From Candidatus Latescibacterota bacterium (GTDB lineage: Bacteria; Latescibacterota; UBA2968; GCA-2709665): 64,000 nucleotides of DNA. The DNA is taken from NCBI GenBank assembly GCA_965116875.1, contig OZ220733.1, positions 2,976,001 through 3,040,000 of the forward strand. Reading direction: 5' to 3'. The translations under genes and the position numbers were made by a program. Of this stretch, positions 36,101-44,795 are shown piece by piece (the first letter of the stretch is position 1; every line of letters begins with the position of its first letter). The notes under the pieces are model-generated. The model saw nothing but the letters and a program-made list of their open reading frames with translations. It ran no database searches and was not told the DNA's origin.

Positions 36101-39100
36101 ACGGTGCCAAGCGCGTTCGTGTCCGCGGCATTGTCATTCGAGTTCTCCGGGCTGGAGGCCGGCGAGCGGGTTCTGATTCACGCGGGGGCGGGCGGCGTGG
36201 GGCTGGCTGCCATCCAGCTGGTGCAGGCCGCGGGAGCGGAGGTCTTCGCCACCGCGAGCGCGCCCAAGCAGGCGTATCTCCGATCGCTGGGCGTGAAACA
36301 CATTTTCGACAGCCGCACGACGAACTTCGGCCGGGAAATCCTGGAGGCCACGGACGGCGCGGGCGTGGACGTGGTGCTGAACAGCCTCACGGGAGAGGGC
36401 TTCATCGAGGCGAGCCTGTCCTGCCTCAGGCACGGCGGGCGCTTCGTGGAACTGGCCAGGCGGGACATCCTCAGCGAAGAGGAGATGGCGGCGGTCCGTC
36501 CGGACGTGCCTTACGACATCCTTGAACTGGACGTGATGAAGAAGACCGACCCCGAATGGGTGGGAAGGGTCCTACGGGACGTAATGACTCGCCTCTCGTC
36601 CGGAGAACTCAAACCGATCACCCACAGCAGGTGGCCCCTCGCCGAGGCCGGAGCCGCCCTGAGCTTCATGCGCGCCGCACGCCACCTCGGCAAGATCGTC
36701 GTAACGACGCCGCCTGTGCAGAACGGCAGGTTACGGCAGGACCGGACGTATCTCGTTACAGGCGGACTGGGCGGAATCGGATGCGCCGTCGCCGCCTGGC
36801 TGGCAGACCGCGGAGCAGGGGCCATCGTATTGAACGGACGCCGTGCGCCCGATGACGAGGCCGAGGAAGCGATCGGCAGGCTGAGGGAGGGCGGAGCGAC
36901 CGTGGAGGTGGAACTCGCGGACGTGACGGACGCCGACGCGATCGATCAGATGCTGGCCAGGATGGATGCGACGCTTCCGCCGCTCGGGGGCGTGATCCAC
37001 AGCGTGGGCGTGCTCTCCGACGGCGCGCTGACCAACCAGACCTGGGACCGATTCGAAACGGTACTCTGGCCGAAGGTACTGGGCGCCTGGCACCTGCACC
37101 GGGCAACGTTGGACCGCGATCTGGAACTGTTCGTGTTGTTCTCCAGCCGGGTCGGCGTCATGGGCAATCCGGGCCAGGCGAACCACGCGTCGGCCAATGC
37201 GTTTCTGGATCAGCTTGCCGGTCACCGCCGCGCGCTGGGACTCCCGGGTCAGGCCATCGCCTGGGGGGCGTGGTCTGAGATCGGCGAGGCGGCCGAACAG
37301 CGGGACCGCATCGACCGGCAGCGTTCGGCGCTGGGCGGGCGCTGGTTCACCCCGCAGCAGGGTCTCCGGGCATTCGACCAGCTCGTACGTCAGGACGTTA
37401 CGAATTCCGTGGTGATGTCCATGGACTGGTCCGTGTTCGAGGAAGCTGTCGAAGACCGGCCGCCATTTCTCGATGATCTGCTTTCCGCGACGACGGATGA
37501 CGAGACCGGCACGGCTGCGTCTTCGGAAGACCTGATGTCGAGGCTTCAGGGAACGCCCGCGGCGCCGGAGGAACTCCTCGTTTCCTTCCTGCAGCAGGAA
37601 GTGCAGGCGGTACTCAGGCTTCCGGCGGCGCCGGAGCCTTCGGTGGGGTTCTTCGATCTGGGCATGGATTCGCTTATGGCGGTAGAACTGCGAAACCGTC
37701 TGAATCGGGCATTCTCCGATCAGTACGTCGTGCCCAATACCGTGGTATTCGACTATCCGGACATCGCCAGTCTGGCGAGCCACCTCGCTGAAGAACTGGG
37801 CGGGGTCAGCACGGAACCGGCCACTGAGGAAGAGCCCGAGCCGGAGGTCATTCCCGTTACACAACGGGAGAAAAAGCACGACGGCATTGCGATCGTGGGT
37901 ATGGCGTGCCGGTTCCCCGGCGCACCCGATATCGATACGTTCTGGCGTCAACTCGTAGCGGGAAAGGACGCGGTGACGGACGGACGCGGAGATTCAGGCA
38001 CATGGGGGGGGCTTACCAAAGAGTTGCCGGCTGAGTACGCCGCGTACCGCCAGGGCGGATTCGTGGATGAGATTGACCGGTTTGACTCCAGGTTCTTTCG
38101 GATTGCGCCAATTGAAGCGCGCACGATGGATCCGCGGCAACGCATGCTTATGGAGACAAGCTGGCAGGCGCTTGAAGACGCGGGGATGAATCCGGACTTG
38201 CTCCGGGGCAGCCGCACCGGAGTCTATGCGGGCATATCCACCAGCGAATACCGGGACCTGATGACGGGAAGCGCCTACGGCGTCAGTTACCTGGGCACAG
38301 CCGCCAGCATGGCTGTCGGGCGTCTTTCTTTCGTGCTGGGACTGGAGGGACCCACCATCCCGGTGGAACTCAACTGCGCGTCGTCACTGGTTGCGGTACA
38401 TTATGCCGCCGCCGCCCTGTGGAACGAGGAAGTGGACATGGCCCTGGTTGGGGGCTCGCACGCCATTCTTTCGCCTACGCTCACGAGAGAAATGGGCGAT
38501 CTGGGGATGCTGTCGCCAAGCGGGCGGTGCAGGGCCTTCGATGCATCCGCCGACGGTTTCGTGCGAGCGGAGGGCTGTGGAATGGTCGTTCTGAAGCGAT
38601 TGAGCGAAGCGGAGGCCGACGGGGACCGCATCTGGGGCGTAATTCGTGGTTCGGCGGTCAACCAGAACGGCGCCGCCGCCGGTCCGACGGTGCCGAACGG
38701 CCCCGCGCAGGAACGGGTCATCGAGTCCGCCCTGGCGCGCGGGAACGTGGAACCTCTGGAAGTTGATTATCTCGAGGCGCACGGGTCCGGATCGGGGTTC
38801 GGCGATCCGATCGAGGTGCAGGCCGCGGCGGCGGTCTACGGCAGGGAACGCGAAGCCGAACGGCCGCTGTTGATTGGCTCCGTGAAGACGAACATCGGGC
38901 ATCTGGAGCCTGCCGCGGGGGTCGCAAGCCTCATCAAGACCGTGCTGGCGATGCATCGCGGCGTGATCCCGCGTAATCTGCACTTCCACGAACCGAATCC
39001 GAACCTGGACTGGGACCGTCTGCCCGTGCGCGTGGTGTCGGACAACACCGAATGGCCGGCCCTCGCAGATCGACCGCCGCGCGCAGGAGTGAGCGCCTTC

Positions 39101-40366
39101 GGCATATCGGGCACGAACGCCCACGTCGTGGTGGAAGGGTACCCGTCCGAGGACGATGCGCGCACGGATGCAGACCCCGTCCTCGCGGGCGCCCCGTGCT
39201 TTGTGGACGTATCGCTGCCGGAGCCGATGGCCGACCTGCCGCTGCCGGATAAAGAGGTGTTGCAGGCGCGGAGGACGCGTTTCCTCCCCCTTTCCGGAAA
39301 GGCGGATGGCGTGCTGATCGATCTGGCTGGGCGGTATCTGGACTGGCTCGACACCATGGCCGGGACCATCGCTTCCGATGAGGGGCCGCACGACCTGCTC
39401 GCCGACATGGCATGGACCGCGGGAACGGGGCGGAGCCATTTCGACTACAGGTCCGGCGTGGTCTTCAGTGATGCCGGGTCGTTACGGGACGGATTGAAGG
39501 CGGTGGCTGACGCTCCCGAATCGCCGGAACCGGCGGAGGCGGGGAAGGTTGCTTTCGCGTTCGGAGGGTCGGGCATCCAACAGACGGGCATGGGCAGGAC
39601 GTTGTACGAAACGGAGCCGGTCGCCCGTGCGGTCCTGGATCGTTGCGAGGAAAGTCTTGGCGAGATTCGCGGCGATTCGCTGCTGGACGTGATGTTCGAG
39701 CGCGCTGGAACGGACGGTCTCCTTGAAGATCACGCGTTGGCACGACCGGCCGTCTATGCGTTGCAATGCGCGCTCACCGCACTGTGGTCCAGTGTGGGTA
39801 TTCGACCGAACGCGGTCGCGGGTCGAGGCCCCGGAGAACTCGCGGCGGCGCAGGCGGCTGGGGTTTTCAGCCTTGAGGAAGGTCTGCGAATTGCATCGGC
39901 GTGGGGAACGGATGAACTTGTGACCGAGGTCGCTTGCGCGCCGCCTTCGCTGGACTACGTCAGCAGCGTAACGGGGCGGGTCGTTGCGCCGGACGAGTCG
40001 CTCGACGCGGAGTACTGGCGCCGCCAGGCGGATCCACCGGCGCCGTTCCGCAGATGCGTCGAGACACTGGCCGAATTGGGGAACAACGTCATCATTGCAA
40101 TCGGTCCGGACGCTCTACTGAGTACGGACCTGCGTCAGGCCTGGTCGAAGGCCGCGAACGAAGGCGAGGCGCCGGTTGTGATCGACAGCCTGCGAATACC
40201 GGGAAATGAAAGTTCGGAGGCGGATGACGGTGGAATCGTCAAGGCGGTCGCAGACGCATACGAGGCGGGGATCGCAATACGCTTCGAGGGTCTGTTCGCA
40301 GGCGAAGCCCGGCGCCGCATCGCTCTCCCGCCCTATCCCTTCCAGCGGCGGCGCCATTGGATTTAA
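30101..40366 (+). CDS. supA: Type I PKS/FAS, SupA-like: KS-AT-DH-cMT-ER-KR-ACP-KS-AT(inactive)
   Basis: KS1 DAACASS/HGTGT/NIGHLE; AT1 GHSIG, AFHS; DH HKVFGRIVAP; MT IEVGAGTG; ER LIHAGAGGVG; KR GGLGGIG; ACP LGMDSL; KS2 ELNCASS/HGSGS/NIGHLE; AT2 GRGPG without Ser. The domain order matches the sponge-symbiont ubiquitous PKS SupA as I recall it. Confidence 0.85.
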   Translation: MEAGGHTESSGVINEIKVNSGSSQPIAIVGMACRFPGAPDIASFWRLLRAGGNAVKEGTPGSGTGRWGLLFPDDAVRSDGCRFGAFVDDIDLFDDTFFRISPVEAEFLDPQQRMMLETSWEALEDAGIDPEGLRESLTGVYTGISNDEYRMLVVDSVKPDEAAGCLYALSGTNLNGASGRVSFVLGLRGPAKAVDAACASSMVSVHDAVADLQQGKADLAIAGGVQAILNGRIYELRAEAMMLSPDGQCKTFDASANGYVRGEGCGVVVLKRLSEAEADGDRIWAVIRGAAVNHGGASTGLTVPNTPALEEVIETALTDAGISPLEVDYLEAHGTGTTVGDPIEINAVANVYGRGRTDDRPLLIGSVKTNIGHLESAAGVAGVIKAALVLNRGVIPKHLHFRNPNPSVDWDGLPLQVTSSMLDWPQRSGKTRLAGVNSFGISGTNAHIVMEEYRAPNGGSPGESGNAGAAKPVAVSLPPAMGDLPPTAGRVRSRPVRLLPLSGKSDDALRDLGGRYLTWLDERNGELASEEREILADMAWTAGGGRSHFDHRAGVVFHDVESLRNQLKEVAEGRSCKSSRPPSRVAFAYTGQGSQWVGMGRDLYESEPVARAVLDRCEAVILEERGASLLDMMFGNDGGRGELGDTAWEQPALYALECALTALWSSVGVRPDVVLGHSIGELAASQAGGVFSLEDGMRFAAVRGTLMSTMDEGSMAAVFAPANRVEEVVNATSADAGLSISGYNGTHQVVSGPAAGIEAISNRFAADGVRVRRLNTKKAFHSGLVEPILDELETFVSGLEIQSPSLTVVSNLTGAAVRLDQAQDGAYWRRHAREPVAFAQGVKTLADLGVDAVLEIGPRSVLAPMAAASWPESSGSPAPLVLSSLRPPSNDGEKPGNSDGFVGAAAEAYEAGLPIHFAGLFAGETRRRISVPSYPFQRRRHWIQPPRRRAGVAGHPLLGDRHESARGEVTFETEVFPSDPAWLNDHKVFGRIVAPGALYGAMACAASRLEEGGPVAVENFQLHNALVLEEDEDGTGDAGRRMQVMLETGEPGSPRGVRIFSRGGEGDWTVHVEGVLAAGAPGPEPGGRIDPESLKSVLSPLDVADYYRHRASTGVDLGPFFRTLGRAWSRPGEALGEVSLPEALSGHGLDVHPLVLDGCFQVVGAARNPEGREGGATYLPFAWERLWLAGPLPDRVLCHVRLSEASSEAEAGPGGPPEVLSGEVNIYDPNGKPLGRLSGYTVKRATPEALLAAVEGVKDLLYEVVWRERDLPSRITSAGFFPDPADVAAGTQAFTGYLRDAGVDPDDRDALLSDLESWSRSRALATLEELGWQRQAGETVDPEVLRDELNVLPEHKRLFRRLFEMLARSGVVTEAGDGFTVVLGPGDPLPEGLSANLEEVASRMVDRHPDGLIEIGLFRRSGIALAEVLRGREDPLTLLFSSGEPTAADLYLKAPVARAANRMLADAVKALVATLPEGRRLRVIEVGAGTGSATASVLPELPDGQFDYMYTDISAGFFSEAEARFGDGGGCIEYRPLDIEKDPAEQGFDAHGYDLLIASNVLHATRYLTETLGHCRDLLAPSGHLIALENLSGLGWMDLTFGQLDGWWRFADDYRPHHALAGPPVWRFALGGAGFEGVEVLGVDESDTSRTLDKGVIVAQGPAKVAEAPGVWVLAGDRAGSASKLAAELAARDQTVVLAGSGTQDDSGPVGDGPGVLNASVETDRRESWCAILAGLPDEVPLRGVVHLAGLDGHGPQATTQEMAEDVRGAGASALALVQGVADADVIPENGFWLITRGAQILERERGGELVGATLWGFGKAVAREAAHLQPRMIDLDPVETAPAPDLVNELLYPDPENHIAYRSGRRQVARLVRAGTEGERLSLPEESDWVLAPDPTGVFDRPQVLPLPVGSLEPWEVRVGVEASGLNFWDVFRSLGFIEEGNLGREMCGHILEVGSEVSTVSVGDRVVGLGFGAFAQQMVTHEQLVAPAPSGYSVSGLATVPSAFVSAALSFEFSGLEAGERVLIHAGAGGVGLAAIQLVQAAGAEVFATASAPKQAYLRSLGVKHIFDSRTTNFGREILEATDGAGVDVVLNSLTGEGFIEASLSCLRHGGRFVELARRDILSEEEMAAVRPDVPYDILELDVMKKTDPEWVGRVLRDVMTRLSSGELKPITHSRWPLAEAGAALSFMRAARHLGKIVVTTPPVQNGRLRQDRTYLVTGGLGGIGCAVAAWLADRGAGAIVLNGRRAPDDEAEEAIGRLREGGATVEVELADVTDADAIDQMLARMDATLPPLGGVIHSVGVLSDGALTNQTWDRFETVLWPKVLGAWHLHRATLDRDLELFVLFSSRVGVMGNPGQANHASANAFLDQLAGHRRALGLPGQAIAWGAWSEIGEAAEQRDRIDRQRSALGGRWFTPQQGLRAFDQLVRQDVTNSVVMSMDWSVFEEAVEDRPPFLDDLLSATTDDETGTAASSEDLMSRLQGTPAAPEELLVSFLQQEVQAVLRLPAAPEPSVGFFDLGMDSLMAVELRNRLNRAFSDQYVVPNTVVFDYPDIASLASHLAEELGGVSTEPATEEEPEPEVIPVTQREKKHDGIAIVGMACRFPGAPDIDTFWRQLVAGKDAVTDGRGDSGTWGGLTKELPAEYAAYRQGGFVDEIDRFDSRFFRIAPIEARTMDPRQRMLMETSWQALEDAGMNPDLLRGSRTGVYAGISTSEYRDLMTGSAYGVSYLGTAASMAVGRLSFVLGLEGPTIPVELNCASSLVAVHYAAAALWNEEVDMALVGGSHAILSPTLTREMGDLGMLSPSGRCRAFDASADGFVRAEGCGMVVLKRLSEAEADGDRIWGVIRGSAVNQNGAAAGPTVPNGPAQERVIESALARGNVEPLEVDYLEAHGSGSGFGDPIEVQAAAAVYGREREAERPLLIGSVKTNIGHLEPAAGVASLIKTVLAMHRGVIPRNLHFHEPNPNLDWDRLPVRVVSDNTEWPALADRPPRAGVSAFGISGTNAHVVVEGYPSEDDARTDADPVLAGAPCFVDVSLPEPMADLPLPDKEVLQARRTRFLPLSGKADGVLIDLAGRYLDWLDTMAGTIASDEGPHDLLADMAWTAGTGRSHFDYRSGVVFSDAGSLRDGLKAVADAPESPEPAEAGKVAFAFGGSGIQQTGMGRTLYETEPVARAVLDRCEESLGEIRGDSLLDVMFERAGTDGLLEDHALARPAVYALQCALTALWSSVGIRPNAVAGRGPGELAAAQAAGVFSLEEGLRIASAWGTDELVTEVACAPPSLDYVSSVTGRVVAPDESLDAEYWRRQADPPAPFRRCVETLAELGNNVIIAIGPDALLSTDLRQAWSKAANEGEAPVVIDSLRIPGNESSEADDGGIVKAVADAYEAGIAIRFEGLFAGEARRRIALPPYPFQRRRHWI

Positions 40367-40426
40367 CGATGGGGTCGACAGCACCGGGACGTCCGGAACA
40401 TCGGTCCGGCTGCGTGGCGAAAGGAC

Positions 40427-41194
40427 TCAGAGAAAGGCTTCGACGAATCGGCGCGCGGAAATGGCAGCCGGCACAGGCTGATCCCAGTCGACACCCTTGA
40501 GTTCAACCACCAGCGGGCCATCGTAACCGCGGTCTGTCAACAGATTCAGCAACTCCGCAAAAGGCGCTTCTCCTTCGCCGAAGGGCACCGGCTTGTCCGC
40601 CACCTGGTCGCGAAGATGGACGCGACCGATACGCCCCGCCAGGGCGTCGGCAAAGGGCATAATGGATTCGCCCGCCGAAAGCAGATGTCCGGTGTCCAGG
40701 AGAACGCGTGCTCGATCCGGCAACTCGGACATCACCGCCTGAAAGTCACCGAGCCCCTGGAGACGGTTTCCCTTCCCGTTGCTCAGATTGAGGACGATAT
40801 CGGCGATGTTTTCCAGGAGCGTATTCACGCCCTCGATGAGGTCGGCGAGCGCTTCGGATGTGCGGTCGCCTCCGCTCGTATTCAGGGTCTTCGTTCCCAG
40901 GGCCCGGCCCAGGTGGACGTCCCATTCGAGTTGGCGCCGGTTGTACGCGAGGTTGCGCTCGTCCGAGTCTGCCTTGCGGCCCGTGAGGTTGCGGATGTTG
41001 AAGCCGGATAGCTGCATTCCGGCGTCGGCAATGGCGGTACGGACCATTGGCACGGACCAGTCGGGGTGGACAGGCGAGCTTTGCGTACAATCGCGGAAGA
41101 GTTCCAGGCGTGTGAAGCCGGCCGCCCGGGAAAGATCCAGTATCTCGGGCAACTGCAGATCGGGACAGAGCGTCGGACTGAAGACGAGTTCCAT
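40427..41194 (-). CDS. Sugar phosphate isomerase/epimerase-like TIM-barrel protein
   Basis: AGFTRLEL, LLDTGH, RVHLRD, VPFGEG, YDGPLVVE; start overlaps the stop of the upstream PhyH gene (TGATG). Confidence 0.8.
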   Translation of the reverse strand: MELVFSPTLCPDLQLPEILDLSRAAGFTRLELFRDCTQSSPVHPDWSVPMVRTAIADAGMQLSGFNIRNLTGRKADSDERNLAYNRRQLEWDVHLGRALGTKTLNTSGGDRTSEALADLIEGVNTLLENIADIVLNLSNGKGNRLQGLGDFQAVMSELPDRARVLLDTGHLLSAGESIMPFADALAGRIGRVHLRDQVADKPVPFGEGEAPFAELLNLLTDRGYDGPLVVELKGVDWDQPVPAAISARRFVEAFL

Positions 41195-41946
41195 CAGCGG
41201 ATACCCTCCCAATGCGCCCATTGATCGTCGCAGGTCTCGAAGCGGATATCGTTGGCGTCCCTGCGAGCGAAGCGGCCGATCAACGCCATGCGGATGTTGC
41301 GGTTGACGTTTTTGGATCCCGTATGGAAGAGCTGACTGTGCCAGAAGATGGCATCGCCGGCGCTTCCGACAAATTCGCGCCCCTCCACCAATGTCCCTTC
41401 GGGATAGACGTCACTGGAAGTGCCGCCGCGGACCGACAGCAGGGAGTGCGTCCTGAAGTACTCGTACGAGACGTTGTGGCTGCCCGGCCAATAGGTGAAG
41501 CAGCCGCCTTTCGATGCGACGTCGATGACGTAAATCGTGAGGTTGATCGTCGTGTATCCAACGGTCCCCTCGGGCACGCCGTTGGTCGGCGTGTAGTACC
41601 CGTCGAGATGGCCCCGTTCCGGAAGAGACCATGCCTTGTCCGCGGACGGGTAAACCAGTGCCGGACCCGCGCTGCCGGGATTGAGCCGACCCTTGCCGAC
41701 CATTTCCTCCATCATCTCGAAGAGCAGCGATTCGTGAACCGTGGCGCGGATGGCCGGATGGTTGGCCGGCACAGGCGTACGGGGCCCCGCGTCGATCCAG
41801 GTTGCCGGATCGTCGCGGTCGGCCTCGATGCCGGTCCAGAGCGCATCCCGTGCGGCGCGAACCTGAGCGGACGTGAGCGCGCCGCGAACGATGAGGCAAC
41901 CGTTTTCCTTGAAGAAACACTTGTCTGAGGCGGAGAGATAAGGCAT
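41194..41946 (-). CDS. Phytanoyl-CoA dioxygenase (PhyH) family Fe(II)/2-oxoglutarate oxygenase
   Basis: FFKENGCLIVRGAL, HLD facial-triad motif, WPGSH, AGDAIFWHSQLFHTGSKN...R. Start moved to MPYLS. Confidence 0.85.
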   Translation of the reverse strand: MPYLSASDKCFFKENGCLIVRGALTSAQVRAARDALWTGIEADRDDPATWIDAGPRTPVPANHPAIRATVHESLLFEMMEEMVGKGRLNPGSAGPALVYPSADKAWSLPERGHLDGYYTPTNGVPEGTVGYTTINLTIYVIDVASKGGCFTYWPGSHNVSYEYFRTHSLLSVRGGTSSDVYPEGTLVEGREFVGSAGDAIFWHSQLFHTGSKNVNRNIRMALIGRFARRDANDIRFETCDDQWAHWEGIR

Positions 41947-42103
41947 GGCATTTCCCCCGGGAGTCGATATATTGTCGATGTATCGCGTTGTCCAGGCACC
42001 CAATATAGCGGAAACACCGGCCGCGGAAAGTTTTTTTCGGTATTGTGACCGGCCCGAACAGAGACCGCTTTCGCGAAACACCGATCCGCCCGAAAAAAAC
42101 GAA

Positions 42104-42132
42104 TTGACTTCACATTTGTTGATCGCTATCTT
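42104..42132 (+). promoter_or_regulatory. Putative sigma70 promoter for the ACP-hydrolase unit
   Basis: TTGACT (42104-42109), 17-nt spacer, TATCTT (42127-42132). Confidence 0.55.
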
Positions 42133-42176
42133 ATCCGTCCGTTCAAACCACCTATCCAAATGAAAGGACCGTAGCT

Positions 42177-42416
42177 ATGGCTTCAACGGAAGATCGTCTC
42201 AGAAGTCTCATCTCGGAGAATCTCGAAGTCGACGGAAAGCCGATCGCGTTGCCTGATGATCTGAACATCAGCCTGATGGAGGCCGGTATTTCCTCCGTGG
42301 ACCTGGTGGCGTTCGCAAAATTGGTCGCACAGGAATTCGAGGTCAAGTTTACGCTTGAAGATTGTGGTGAGGTCAAGAGCGTACGGGACCTTGTCAATCG
42401 TCTCGATGAAGGCTGA
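42177..42416 (+). CDS. Stand-alone acyl carrier protein, SupB-like
   Basis: 79-aa acidic protein; SLMEAGISSVDLV phosphopantetheine site; FEVKF..E; AAAGGA RBS; near supA. Confidence 0.85.
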   Translation: MASTEDRLRSLISENLEVDGKPIALPDDLNISLMEAGISSVDLVAFAKLVAQEFEVKFTLEDCGEVKSVRDLVNRLDEG

Positions 42417-42574
42417 GATGCATTCCAGTCTGAGTGCGTTCACTGCTTGAAGAATGGCCCCGGATTCCGATCCGGGGCCAAATTGGATTTGCGGCGATTC
42501 GGCAATGATCTCTTCATTCCATCCCGGATCGTGTTGTTGAATTCTCCAACCACGGCGAGACCAGCGACTTGACC

Positions 42575-43480
42575 ATGAATTCCAAAGCCGTTTGGGACAT
42601 CCCGGAACCGCTCGCCACATTCGATGTTCCCGTGGATGACAACACCCGCATCACCCTGCGGCGCCATGGAAATCCCAGGGGTCCCCGTCTCATACTCACC
42701 CATGGCAACGGTCTCGCGATCGATCTCTATTATCCGTTCTGGTCATTGCTGCTGGACGAATTCGACCTGATTGTCTACGACCTGAGGAACCACGGTTGGA
42801 ACACGGTCAGTTCCATTCATGAGCATAGTGTTCCCACGTTCGTGAATGACCACGACCGTATTCTCGAAGCGATCGACCGGCACTGGGGGAAGAGGCCGAA
42901 AATAGGCGTATTCCACTCGGTTTCGTCCCTGACCACGCTGCTTTCGCCCGTCAGAGGCGACGGATTCTCCGCGTGTGTTCTTTTCGACCCCCCTCTGTGC
43001 AAGCACGGCGCCAGTTACGAAGAATTCGATGCCGCGGCGGAGCGCGTGGCCGCGATGACGCGACGTCGCGCGAACCATTTCAATACCAGGGAGGAATTCG
43101 CGGACGTACTGCCCTATCTGCCGACGTTCCAGCGCGTCGTGCCCGGCGTCTTCGAACTTGTGGCAAGAACGACGCTTCGCAGATCCACGAACCGGCCGGG
43201 TTTTGAACTCCGGTGTCCGCGTGAATACGAAGCGCAAATCGTCGACTATGCCGCCACTTTTGCCGTGCTGGTGGACTTTCCGAAGTTTCGTTGCCCGTTA
43301 AAGGTGATCGGCGCCGATCCCACGTTGCCATTCTCATATCTTCCGACGCTCGATCTTAGCGATATCGTAACCGTCGACTACGATTTCCTCCCTGAAACAA
43401 CCCACCTCCTGCTATTGGAACAGCCCGCGGAGTGCGCCGAGGCGATGCGCGAATTCCTCGAGAGTCATTCGCTCATCTGA
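42575..43480 (+). CDS. Alpha/beta-hydrolase, SupD-like
   Basis: HGNG oxyanion motif, YDLRNHG, nucleophile in GVFHSVS, C-terminal THLL.LEQP. Confidence 0.8.
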   Translation: MNSKAVWDIPEPLATFDVPVDDNTRITLRRHGNPRGPRLILTHGNGLAIDLYYPFWSLLLDEFDLIVYDLRNHGWNTVSSIHEHSVPTFVNDHDRILEAIDRHWGKRPKIGVFHSVSSLTTLLSPVRGDGFSACVLFDPPLCKHGASYEEFDAAAERVAAMTRRRANHFNTREEFADVLPYLPTFQRVVPGVFELVARTTLRRSTNRPGFELRCPREYEAQIVDYAATFAVLVDFPKFRCPLKVIGADPTLPFSYLPTLDLSDIVTVDYDFLPETTHLLLLEQPAECAEAMREFLESHSLI

Positions 43481-43484
43481 TTCC

Positions 43485-44090
43485 ATGGCGTCCCACTTTC
43501 GTACTTCTTTCATGCCTCGCCTGTCGTTGTTTATCATTGCCGGTATTCTTGCCTGCCCGCCTGCTTCCTCGATAGCGCAGGAACAGTCCGAAGACAGCGC
43601 GAAGGCGTGGTCAACAACGCTCAGGATGATTCGCGCCAGGTTTCCTGCCGTCGCCCAGGTCCCGACCGATTCGCTGCAGTCGTGGCTCGACAGGTCGCCG
43701 AAACAGGAAGATCTCATTCTGCTGGACGCACGGGAATCAGAGGAATATGCCGTCAGCCATCTCCGCGGCGCCCTTCCGGTGGCCTCGAAGGAAGAGGCAT
43801 TGAAAGTACTCCGTGGCGCACCCGCGAACCGTCGGATCGTCGTGTACTGTTCCGTGGGGTACCGATCGTCTGAACTCGCCGGATTCCTTATGGAGAAAGG
43901 CTACAGGAGAGTCTGCAATCTGGAAGGATCGATTTTCAGATGGGCCAACGAAGGTCGGCCTGTCTACCGGGGCCGAAAACATGTGCGGGTCGTCCACCCG
44001 TACGACGGTTACTGGGGCCGCCTGTTGAAGAAGCCTCTGCATCCGGTGGATCCGGCCCAATCGCGGGATTCACAGTCGCCTTCGCAATAG
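43485..44090 (+). CDS. Exported rhodanese-like domain protein
   Basis: Signal-peptide-like N-terminus; LLDARESEEYAVSHLRGA, VVYCSVGYRS, NLEGSIFRW. Confidence 0.85.
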   Translation: MASHFRTSFMPRLSLFIIAGILACPPASSIAQEQSEDSAKAWSTTLRMIRARFPAVAQVPTDSLQSWLDRSPKQEDLILLDARESEEYAVSHLRGALPVASKEEALKVLRGAPANRRIVVYCSVGYRSSELAGFLMEKGYRRVCNLEGSIFRWANEGRPVYRGRKHVRVVHPYDGYWGRLLKKPLHPVDPAQSRDSQSPSQ

Positions 44091-44111
44091 CAGTCCGACC
44101 CGGAGTTCAGA

Positions 44112-44795
44112 GTGAAACTGATCGTTACGAACGACGACGGGATTGACGCCGAGGGGTTGAAAACACTGGTTCGCCTGGCAGCGCGGTGGGGCGACGTCGT
44201 CGTTGCGGCGCCTGCAGAGCCTCAGTCCGGGGTCGGACACAGGTTGACGACCGACCGTCCGATTCGTGTGGATCGAATGTCGCAATCTCGTTACCGGATA
44301 TGGGGTTCGCCTGCGGACTGCACGCGTCTGGCCCTGAGCCGGTTGGCGCCCGATGGCGACTGGTTGCTCTCCGGGATCAATAACGGAAGCAATCTCGGGG
44401 TGGACGTCTACGATTCCGGGACCGTGGCAGCGGCCCGAGAGGCGGCCATTCTTGGATATAAGGCCGTCGCCCTGTCACACTATCGGGAGAAGGACCGGAC
44501 CATCGACTGGCGTCTTGCCGAAAAACGGCTTGAGCCGCTTCTGAAAAGAATACTGAGGGAAGCGCTGGAACCGGGGTGTTTTCTCAGCGTGAATCTGCCG
44601 CATCCTCAACACGAAAGGGACCGTCTCGAAACAAGAACGACACACGTGGACACCAGTCCCAACCTGATTACGTTCGCGCGAACGGGGGACGAATTTCTGT
44701 ACACAGGTATCTATCAGGACCGCCCGCGAAAACCCCGTAGCGATATTGACACCTGTTTCAACGGCCATATTTCGATCTCGAAAATCCGCGTTTGA
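44112..44795 (+). CDS. surE: 5'/3'-nucleotidase SurE
   Basis: VTNDDG, QSGVG, GSPADC, SGINNGSNLG, SGTVAAAREA. Confidence 0.92.
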   Translation: MKLIVTNDDGIDAEGLKTLVRLAARWGDVVVAAPAEPQSGVGHRLTTDRPIRVDRMSQSRYRIWGSPADCTRLALSRLAPDGDWLLSGINNGSNLGVDVYDSGTVAAAREAAILGYKAVALSHYREKDRTIDWRLAEKRLEPLLKRILREALEPGCFLSVNLPHPQHERDRLETRTTHVDTSPNLITFARTGDEFLYTGIYQDRPRKPRSDIDTCFNGHISISKIRV

